Origin: Octopus sinensis
Lineage: Eukaryota
Assembly (NCBI RefSeq): GCF_006345805.1
Contig: NC_042997.1
Coordinates: 55,490,001 to 55,554,000 of the forward strand
Length of the DNA: 64,000 nucleotides
Direction of reading: 5' to 3'
Of this stretch, positions 39,905 through 50,575 are shown in pieces. The first letter of the stretch is position 1. Every line of letters starts with the position of its first letter. Both the position numbers and the translations under genes were made by a program. Under the pieces are notes generated by a model. It worked only from the letters and a program-made list of their open reading frames with translations, was not told where the DNA came from and made no database searches.

Positions 39905-40620
39905 TACAGCAGCATTACTTGTCTGATAAACTTAAATACATGTCCAAAGAAGTCACATGACTCTACCGTATCATCAGATGAAAGGATGTGCGTATATGAG
40001 CAGAAGACTATGCATGGATATGTTAGTAGAAAGCTCTGAAATGATAGTAACATTGATCATGAAAGCATTCTATCATCAAAGCATTCTATCATAGACTAAC
40101 AACCGGATTACTACCTGCCACTTTGAAGGGTATGCGTTTATAATCCAGGAACAGCAAATTTCAATCAAATACTTAGTGTACGAAAGGGACAGAGATGCAG
40201 GAAAAGCAGCACTAAAATGTGACAACCGATGCAGATTTTGTGAAGTTAACACCGACGTTATCAACCACATCATAAGCAGTTGTCCGAAAAAGTCATCACG
40301 ATTTTATCTACCAATGAAGCATACTGTTGCTAGAACACTGTATAACGAGATCCGTCGAAAGGATAACCCAGAGGACAAAGACATAAGAACCCACAGTATG
40401 GTAGAAGCCATAGCCACTCATTATGAAAAGGAGTACTGATGAAATGTCTCAGTGAAGACCTCAATAAAATGTAAGCACAACAGACCTGATATAATGATTT
40501 GGGACAGAGGAGAGAAACTGTGTACAGTTGTGGAAATTAGCTGCCCAGCAGAAGTTAACATAAAGCTGAAGAACAGTGGAAAAGTGAGTGCCTACACTGA
40601 ATTATTGAAATAAAACTGAA
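39905..40620 (+). mobile_element. Second R4-clade RLE LINE fragment (CCHC plus RLE) bounded by (ACAT)n
   Basis: EQKTMHGY, FEGYAFIIQEQQISIKY, NRCRFCEVNTDVINHIISSC, KCKHNRPDIMIWD..CTVVEISCPA; (ACAT)n at 39823-39905 and 40630-40668. Confidence 0.92.
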
Positions 40621-41057
40621 AAATGACACACATACATACATACATACATACATACCTACATACATATACAGGAACACAAGTTTTTGAATGATAAAATTGC
40701 AATACAAAATACATTTTCAGTTTATATTCAAGCCATATACAATTAATTAATTCGTGGCATATTAATTAATTAATTCCAGCGTGACAAAGTTTAGCACACA
40801 TCATCAAATGTTTTATTTGCTATTTAAAAGTTACAAAATGTGTGTAGTGTTAGCAGGTTAAAAGTTAAAAATATGAATGTACGTATAGATATAAAATTTA
40901 CACGATAAACATGAGTAAAATTAAAGGCATATAAGAATCACGTAAAGAATAAATACCGTGTGGAGACAAAGAGTGTGTCTGAAAATCGTATAAATATAAA
41001 GCAAGAAAACAAAGGAGTGTATAACGGAGCTCAATACGCCAAATGTGAAAACAAAAG

Positions 41058-41092
41058 AGGTGACGTTTCGGGCAATACTGTTTATCAGAGAT
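41058..41092 (-). ncRNA. Relic minimal hammerhead of PLE-pLTR type
   Basis: Minus strand CTGATAA-ACAGTATTGCCC-GAAACGTC, after a pyrimidine-rich tract typical of pLTRs; core G8 and helix II are damaged. Confidence 0.35.
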
Positions 41093-41161
41093 AAGAAAGG
41101 AGTAGAGAAAGTGAGGAACAATAGAAGGAGAAAGAGAGTACGTTACCAACTAATAATAATG

Positions 41162-41256
<95 letters not shown>

Positions 41257-41257
<1 letters not shown>

Positions 41258-41783
41258 TTATACAACAGAAAAAAGATGGTATAGACACACACCAGAAAAG
41301 GTCACAGAAAACGAGAAAGCAACCATACTCTGGGATATGCCGATACACACAGATAGAGAAATTAAGGCCAACAGACCAGATATAGTTGTCAGAGATCATG
41401 AAGAAAAAAAATGCTTTCTAATTGATGTATCAATACCGCAGATGACAACGTGTCTCTAAAAGAAATGGAGAAACTCTCAAAATACAAAGACCTGGAAATA
41501 GAGGTAACTAGAATGTGGAATCTGAAAACAGAAACAATTCCTATCATAGTAGGTGCATTAGGCATGATAAAAAAATATTCAGACAAATACATAACAAAAA
41601 CACCAGGACTTACAAACACATATAACATACAGAAAATTGCACTACTAGGCACTGCACACATCCTACGCAGAACACTTTCCATACAATAACCATCAGAGCA
41701 TCACAACAAATCATAGCACATACCCAAGGCACACAGAGCTGCGCTCGGTAGTGAAGTGAAAGCACGCTATAAAAATAAAACTA

Positions 41784-41786
<3 letters not shown>
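41257..41786 (+). mobile_element. 5'-truncated Dong/R4 LINE 3' end (RLE domain and 3' UTR) inserted in (AAT)n
   Basis: NEKATILWDMPIHTDREIKANRPDIVVRDHEEKKCFLIDVSIP..SLKEMEKLSKYKDL...IQKIALLGTAHILRRTLSIQ*; (AAT)n at 41151-41256 and 41787-41930. Confidence 0.95.
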
Positions 41787-41825
<39 letters not shown>

Positions 41826-41842
41826 TAATAATAATAATAATA

Positions 41843-41959
<117 letters not shown>

Positions 41960-41980
41960 AAGAAGAAGAAGAAGAAGAAG

Positions 41981-42525
41981 AAATGCCCTGATGCAGAACC
42001 AAGCAGGGCTCTCATGGCTTCTGATCTTAAATAATTGGAAGTGTTATCATGTACACTGATTTGTCTTGCTATAAAAGCAAATATTCTGCTCAATATCACA
42101 GATTTGCTTGTCAGCTGTCTGAGCTTAACCAGTTGAGCATATCCCTTAGTGCCTGACGATATGTGCATCTCTGATCACAAGCAGAAGTAGTGGGGGAGCA
42201 GCCTAGCCACGTGTTGAAAGGAATTCTTTGGGGTTTGGATAACTGACCTTTGGAAACATGGGTGTTTCATTCAACGTCCTTAAACAACCTTTATTCAGGG
42301 ACCTTTGAGCAGGATGGGCTACTCGACCTGAAGAAAATTCTAACTGGGCCCCACTTTCAAGGTCATATGTTGTTTATCTTAATATGAGATCACCACGTTA
42401 CGCACATATGGTTGTGATGCACGTGCCTGGCGTACCTTTACCACACGAGTAGTCATGATGGGTATACTGGGCTTCGTATATTTTACCCCAGTGTCACTTT
42501 GATGCCATCACTGCTCTCTCACTCA
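41981..42525 (+). mobile_element. ~545-bp non-coding interspersed element ending in (AAT)n, copy A
   Basis: Ends ...GTCACTTTGATGCCATCACTGCTCTCTCACTC-AATAAT and is homologous in reverse to 42584-43075. Confidence 0.85.
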
Positions 42526-42549
42526 ATAATAATAACAGCAATATTATTA

Positions 42550-42583
<34 letters not shown>

Positions 42584-42584
<1 letters not shown>

Positions 42585-43075
42585 GAGTGAGAGAGCAGTT
42601 CATGCCATCAAAGTGACACTGGGGTAAAATATACGAAGCCCAATATACCCATCATGACTACCCGTCTGATAAGGGCACACCAGGCACATGCATCACAACC
42701 ATATGTGCGCGGCATAGTGATCTCATATCAAGATAAACTGCACATGACCTTGCAGGTGGGGCCCAGTTAGAATTTTCTTCAGGTTGAGTAGCCCATCCCG
42801 CTCAAATGGTCCCTGAATAAGGGTTGTTTAAGGATGTTGAAAAACCCACCCATGTCTCCAGAGGTGAATTATTCAAACCCCAAAGAATCCCTCTCAACAC
42901 ATGGCTATGATGCTCCCCCACTACTTCTGCTCGTGATCAGAGATGCACATATCGTCAGCTACTAAGGGACATGCTCAACTGGTTAAGGTCAAACAACTGA
43001 CAAGCAAATCTGTGGTATTGAGCAGAATATTTGCTGTAGCCCATCTTTTATACCAAGACAGAACAATGTACATGA
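42584..43075 (-). mobile_element. Same non-coding element, copy B (inverted)
   Basis: (ATT)n-GAGTGAGAGAGCAGTTCATGCCATCAAAGTGACACTGGGG..., flanked by (ATT)n on both sides. Confidence 0.85.
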
Positions 43076-43077
43076 TA

Positions 43078-43158
<81 letters not shown>

Positions 43159-43205
43159 GTTATTATTATTATTGTTATTATTATTATTATTACTATTATT
43201 ATTAT

Positions 43206-43356
<151 letters not shown>

Positions 43357-43805
43357 GGTCTCAAGTAGAGATGCAAAAATATTTGTGTATGTGTTAGGTC
43401 GTATGTATTTATATATGTACGTGTATATATACGTGTATATATACATTATATAGGTATTTAGTTTCTGTTCTCCGAACAAGAGACACACAAACACATAAGC
43501 AAACACACACACAAACACACACACACACACACATTGTATGTACGTTTTTCTTATTATTATTTGTCAACTAATTGTCTAATTAATAAATTGTTGCAGCTGT
43601 TCCCACACATAATCTTACATCAAGAATTTTGTCAAAGTAAAAGATACAAACACCAATGCTTGAATGTGTGTGTGCGCGGTACTTGTGTCTGTGAGTGTAT
43701 ACCGAGAAAGCTACATAAATTGAGAGATAGGTACACATACGTGTATGTGCGCGTGCATACGTGCACGTGTCCATGTCTGTTTGTATATATATAAATATCC
43801 TTTAA

Positions 43806-43877
<72 letters not shown>

Positions 43878-43909
43878 GTACAGAAAGAGAGAGAGAGAGA
43901 GAGCGAGTT

Positions 43910-44132
43910 ACATGGGGCTGTGAATTGTATGATCGTTAGAGTGTCGAACAAAATGCTCAGTGGTATTTCTCTTGATACATAATATTCTCGGTTCGTAATT
44001 TCACCAAATCAACGTCACCGTTTCTCCCTTCCAGGACGTTAAAATATAGTACCAGTAACGTTCTTGGGTTGATGCAATTAATTCCCCCCCACTTCCCTCA
44101 AAATCGTTGCCTTTGTGCCAAAATTAGAAAAC
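43910..44132 (+). mobile_element. Old tRNA-SINE copy (776 family)
   Basis: ATCGTTAGAGTGTCGAACAAAATGC...AGTACCAGT...GGGTTGATGCAATT...TTGTGCCAAAATTAGAAA. Confidence 0.65.
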
Positions 44133-44134
44133 TA

Positions 44135-44135
44135 G

Positions 44136-44186
<51 letters not shown>

Positions 44187-44670
44187 ATATATATATAATA
44201 TATATATACACACACACACACACATACATACATATATATATATATATACACACACACACATATATATATATATACACGCAATATTGCATTTGTGTGTATA
44301 TGTTTAAGTAAGTTAATAAATGCATTTTTCGCCTTTCTGTATGTGTGTGTATGTGTGCGTATATAGTTACATATCCGTACAACATTTAGTGTGATGTATA
44401 TTCGGAAAGAGCTTTCATCTCTCAGTCTGCGTATTTATTTTCCAATTTATGTGGCAGCTTATCTATGTATATTTTTCTTTATATCTTTGCGTGAATTTTA
44501 TGTATGAATGCCTGTGTGCGTATATGTGTGTGTGAGTGTGTGTGTGTGTATGTATGTGTGTGTGTGTCTTTATAAATATACATATACAGCCACATGCACA
44601 TACATATATTCATATGCACATGCATTCATAAACTTATTCATACGTACAGATATATATATATGTATGTTTG

Positions 44671-44720
<50 letters not shown>

Positions 44721-44784
44721 ACATATATATACATATGTATATATTATATATATGTATATATGTGTGTGTGTATGTGTATGTATG

Positions 44785-44816
<32 letters not shown>

Positions 44817-44834
44817 CATACATATACATACATA

Positions 44835-44887
<53 letters not shown>

Positions 44888-45301
44888 CACGCAATATTGC
44901 ATTTGTGTGTATATGTTTAAGTAAGTTAATAAATGCATTTTTCGCCTTTCTGTATGTGTGTGTATGTGTGCGTATATAGTTACATATCCGTACAACATTT
45001 AGTGTGATGTATATTCGGAAAGAGCTTTCATCTCTCAGTCTGCGTATTTATTTTCCAATTTATGTGGCAGCTTATCTATGTATATTTTTCTTTATATCTT
45101 TGCGTGAATTTTATGTATGAATGCCTGTGTGCGTATATGTGTGTGTGAGTGTGTGTGTGTGTGTGTGTATGTGTGTGTGTGTGTCTTTATAAATATACAT
45201 ATACAGCCACATGCACATACATATATTCATATGCACATGCATTCATAAACTTATTCATACGTACAGATATATATATATGTATGTTTGTATGTATATATAT
45301 A

Positions 45302-45340
<39 letters not shown>

Positions 45341-45454
45341 TATACATATGTATATATTATATATATATGTATATATGTGTGTGTGTATGTGTATGTATGT
45401 ATATATATACATATATAATATATATATACATACATATACATACATATATATATA

Positions 45455-45505
<51 letters not shown>

Positions 45506-45530
45506 ATGTTATACATATACATATATATAC
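44135..45530. repeat. Tandem duplication of a ~613-bp microsatellite-rich unit (~2.2 copies)
   Basis: The unique block CACGCAATATTGCATTTGTGTG...TTTATGTATGAATGCC occurs at ~44275 and ~44888. Confidence 0.92.
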
Positions 45531-47103
45531 ATGAATTTGCGTTAGTTTGTTCTGTCACAAGTCAAATGGTAACTATCAATGCCGCGAGGGATTTCAGAAG
45601 CTATTTGGACCGCAGAACACATTGTATTCTGGAGATTAATGAAATTCAGAAATTCAGAGGTCAGGTCATATGGAGTCTGACTGAGATGACAACGAAAGCC
45701 AATTTCTTGGATATTAATAATTTCACGATTGGGTGTCGTGATGCCAACGGCTTTGACTCTTTAGACCACTGTCCTTTTACTTAATACATTGTCAAGACCA
45801 CTCGCAGTTACACTAAGCGGACGTTTAGATTGCCCCTCAGAACATATTTCTCACCGCTGGGCAAGAAAGAATTGAAAAAATAATTGTAAAACAATGTGAA
45901 AATGCATAAAGAATGGTCAATTACTTACTGCACTGGTCTCCGAATTGATTGAACTAGTCTTCACTCGTAAATCTGTCAATAGATGATTGTACTCTGGCAC
46001 AGGGGAGTCTAAAAGTGTAGAATAAAGTGAGAAATTATTAGAGAAAGGAAGAAAAACACTAAATCCAACTGTTCGATATTTATCTTATCTTTGAGGCGTC
46101 GTAAGTGGCGAGGTACTGTAACTGGAAAATAACCTTGCGGAGTTGTTTTAAGACTACGCAGGAAATGATGCTTCGACAACACAATCAATGTCTTGATTAA
46201 TTTAAGTTTTTATATAGTTTTGTATAACATTTGAAGTGGGTTCAAATCGTGTCCATTTAAAGTGAGTATGCTTAACAGGTTCGCTTTGCGATCACATCTT
46301 TCTGAGTTCGATCCCACTATTCGTCACTTAATGAAGTATCTTCTGCCTTAGTCACTCCGTTGGCCCAAACTTTTCCAAGGAAATTAGTTAGACAGAAGCT
46401 GTAATTGTTCTTGAGTTGTAAACTCCAGCCAACATCCGGTGTAATCCCAGGAACCGGTCCTTGGAGACTTTTAGTAGATGCGGCTATTTGTACGAGCATG
46501 CATCCGTGCAGATCTTCCGTGTGAGAATATTTTCATGCGTTTCTCGGGATCATTACAAAGAAAAGGAAGAAACTTGAAGCGTTGCATAACTAATAGGAAA
46601 GATAAAAGAAGACGCTAGAACGCTTGATATAGCGAACCAAGAAGTTGAAAATATTTATATTTCGTTTTTAATGATGAGAGGAAATCATCCCCTAAGTAAT
46701 TAATACTGGTCATGTATAGTAACAGGGATACTTCTAAATATCAATTAAACAAAATCAATTAAATATAAATGGAGGGACAATTTCGAGCAGGGCTTGTTTC
46801 CGAGTTATTACACATCATTAGCAGAGCATCACCTGACTATTAACGCTGTGCTAGAAAGACCCAACTCTGCCTCTATTACAATCTATATTAAACCAACTTC
46901 ATTTACTCCACATTATTTTATCAATTTTGAATCTTAAATTATATTCAGAAACGAATTTTATGTGTGCGTAATATACGCATACGCAAAATATACATACCTA
47001 CATATGTGTATATCATATATACATATATATACACATATATACATACCTACATATGTGTATATGATATATACATATATGTGTGAATGTGCGTGTGTATTTA
47101 CTC

Positions 47104-47134
<31 letters not shown>

Positions 47135-47299
47135 AATAGTTCATGGATGAGATTCAGATATTCTCAGTATAGAAGACAGTAGCGCTCAAAAGATTCAAAC
47201 TTAAACACCGATGTCTTTACAGGGTATCAATCCACGAGGTAAAGAAAGATTATAAGAGTGATCAGGTTGAGTGGGTTTAGAAACAATTATGGGGATAAG

Positions 47300-48120
47300 C
47301 AAATTAGAGACATCAAATATATTGAATATATTAAATACATCAAATACAAAATATGTTTATATGTATGCATGCGTGACGGGAGAAAGCAAAAGGTAGAAAC
47401 TTTCAGATGACGAATTTGTTTGTGTATATATATATATTCATATGAATAGGTCCAATTTACACAGAGTGCAAACGACATAGAAAATTAAAGGGGTGGAAGA
47501 AAGATGTTATAAGTGCAACAGTTGCTTCTGGGGAATCGGTGAACCATAATACTGTTGGTAGATTTAGTCCATCACAAAATGCGTCTATATGGATGCATTT
47601 AACATAAAATGGTACGAGCCTCCGTCATCAGGGTGGAGAAGATCTTACATTTCAGATCTTAATGCATAAAAGTTCAATGATGGAATGATTACATGTGGAG
47701 GGCTAAGGGTATTGGAGTGGGGACTGAAGGTATTTAGACAGGGAATGATGAGGAGAGAAAAGATAGTTCAAGAAGAATGAGACTAGTAAGGGAGTTGTAG
47801 GGGTGGAGAGTAGGCATGTTGACAGGAGGGTGGGGTAGATGGTATATGAATGGTAGTTTATTGTGTTCAGCTTGTTAACGTTTTTAGGGAAGTCAGTTAT
47901 AAGATTATTGGTTGAGATAGTGAGAAAAGGAATGACAATTATTTGAGCGAAGTAAAATGTCTAGTTCAGTGGCAGAGGGAGATTACTAAGGTACATATAA
48001 ATTTATCATCTGAAAGTTTCCACTTTTTGCTTTCTCTGGTCTTGAATGTATACATGTGTACATATTTCGTATATAATGTATTTAATATATTCGATGCATT
48101 TGATATATCTAATTTTCTTA
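47300..48120. repeat. Old ~120-bp inverted repeat pair around a ~580-bp spacer
   Basis: GAGAAAGCAAAAGGTAGAAACTTTCAGATGA (~47380-47410) versus TCATCTGAAAGTTTCCACTTTTTGCTTTCTC (~48006-48036); similarity extends outward through GAATATATTAAATACAT. Confidence 0.75.
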
Positions 48121-48230
48121 TTCCCATAACTGCATCTATATACATATCTGTGTGTGTGTGTCAGTGTGTGTGTGTGTGTGTGTGTGTCAGTGTGTATGCG
48201 CGTGTGTACTTCTGTGTGTGTGAGCGTGTG

Positions 48231-48266
<36 letters not shown>

Positions 48267-48369
48267 CGGCATCTGGAGGACGCCTCGAGATTCTCAATGC
48301 GATGTACCAGCATGGCTGTAGTTAAATAACTGAAAGAAGTAATAGAATAATAGAATGTGTGTGTGTATA

Positions 48370-48445
<76 letters not shown>

Positions 48446-48812
48446 ATGCATCCAGGCGTTGCCCGAATGTCATGACCTACAAGCACGTCGTATTATTTGC
48501 TCCTTTCTTATGGGCAGAATCGGCACTGCTGATATATAGTTAATAGAATAATGGAACTTATTGTTTGTTTAATAGTGAAGGGTGAGGGTACAATTTGCAT
48601 GAAAGTGCTTTCTGTCTTAACAAGGTTCAAAAACTATGTATTGTTTTATCATATAAAAGGGGGTTAATCCAATTTTGTCCAGAAATCACGTTTTTAGTAT
48701 CTAAATTTTCCCCTGTTCCCACCGGAATTTCTTAATTTGTAACTTTTCATCGAATTTTTCGTTATTTACGTAGAAAAATACAGCGATTACGAATCTGGGA
48801 AATATATATATA

Positions 48813-49652
48813 CTAGCAGAATTGCCCGGCGTTGCTCGGGGCTGAATTGCTTGAAAGTACTGTTAATGATTGCACTGAATTATGATGATTATTCAGGCAA
48901 ATATTGATATAAGTTTACGGTGGGAGATAAGGACTTAACGATAAAACGTGTGCCATTGCATTGTTTTGGGGGAACCAAATTTCTGATGAGCATTATAGGG
49001 GCACCAACTTTAAGTTTGAGAAAGTGTGGTGGTAGTCCGGGGTGCTCAAAGGAATTGAGTACCTCTATTGGATAGTTGATGACGTCCTCTGGGTCAGGAG
49101 TTGTATCGATAGACTGATATACATAGACTTCCCCAGGAATGAGTTTTAGCATTTCATCATTAATAAGGTGAACAGTTTTATTCCTCGGGGCCAGTATAGC
49201 CTTTTTGCCAATCCAATCCATATTCTGATAATTAGCTTGTAGATCTGGGAACACTGCATCTCTGAGATGAGAAGGCGTCTTAACAATGGTACAAATGGAA
49301 TCGATGGCAATATTACCATTTTCATCCCCTGGTATTTTGCCTTCGCCAAGTGCAAGGAGGGTGTGAGGAAATGCTGCTGATGTGATATTACGTCGCATAT
49401 GAGCACGCATATTGGTGTGAAGTTTGAGAGTTACTTCCCTTTATTTAAAAAAATATGCATTAAAATGGAAAAAAATGATGGTAAATTATTTGTAAAATTA
49501 TAGACTCATCGTAGACGCGCGCTAATACCCAGAAGGGCTCGATATGAATCACGACTATAAGATACTTTGGTTAAACTTCATTGCAAAATGTGGGAGTAGT
49601 TAGGAATCTAAATCGGAGTAGACAGACACACAACCTTTCTTTTATATATAAA
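48813..49652 (-). mobile_element. ~840-bp non-autonomous Helitron
   Basis: Minus-strand 3' end CCCGAGCAACGCCGGG-CAATTCTG-CTAG|T and 5' end A|TTTATATATAAAAG (canonical is TC-TATATATA); internal helicase fragment. Confidence 0.88.
48905..49440 (-). pseudogene. Helitron RepHel PIF1-family helicase fragment (motif IV to the SH3-like insert)
   Basis: LHTNMRAH...KAILAPRNKTVHLIN...YPIEVLNSFEHPGLPPHFLKLKVGAPIMLIRNLVPPKQCNGTRFIV; stop-free but truncated at both ends. Confidence 0.93.
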
Positions 49653-49656
49653 TATT

Positions 49657-50497
49657 TTCGTCCTAAAAAACTTTGTATGGATTGAATGGTTACCTCTATG
49701 GAAATATATACACGCACATTATACATACATGTGTGTATAGATGAATATATAAATACATTTAAATATCTATATACACTTTTGGGCGATCTTTCTTTTTCTT
49801 AGAGATAACTTTAGATCTTATATTCGTCCTAAAAAACTTTGTATGGAGTGAAAGGTTACCTCTATGGAAATATATACACACACATTATATATACATCTGT
49901 GTATAGATGAATATATAAATACATTTAAATATCTATATACACTTTTGGGCGATCTTTCTTTTTCTTAGAGATAACTTTAGATCTTATATTCGTCCTAAAA
50001 AACTTTGTATGGAGTGAAAGGTTACCTCTATGGAAATATATACACACACATTATACATACATCTGTGTATAGATGAATATATAAATACATTTAAATATCT
50101 ATATACACTTTTGGGCGATCTTTCTTTTTCTTAGAGATAACTTTAGATCTTATTTTCGTCCTAAAAAACTTTGTATGGAGTGAATGGTTACCTCTATGGA
50201 AATATATACACACACGTTATACATACATGTGTGCATAGATGAATATATAAATACATTTAAATACCTATATACACTTTTGGGCGATCTTTCTGCTACTTGT
50301 ATATACTTTAGATCTTATATTCGTCCTAAAAAACTTTGTATGGAGTGAAAGGTTACCACTATGGAAATTTATACACACACATTATACATACATCTGTGTA
50401 TAGATGAATATATAAATACATTTAAATATCTATATACACTTTTGGGCGATCTTTCTGCTACTTGGATATAGGTCTTATATTCGTCGTAAAAAACTTT
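49657..50497. repeat. 166-bp tandem minisatellite, 5 copies plus a stub
   Basis: TTCGTCCTAAAAAAC starts at 49657, 49823, 49989, 50155, 50320 and 50480. Confidence 0.97.
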
Positions 50498-50543
50498 CCT
50501 GTCACACACTCACGCACACACACACACACGCATCCTCACACAC

Positions 50544-50575
<32 letters not shown>

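Noticed and set aside
42170-42350. CTGACGA and CTGAAGA motifs in the (AAT)n-resident element; also CTGAAGA at ~59465
   Set aside because: No downstream GAAA with compatible helices.
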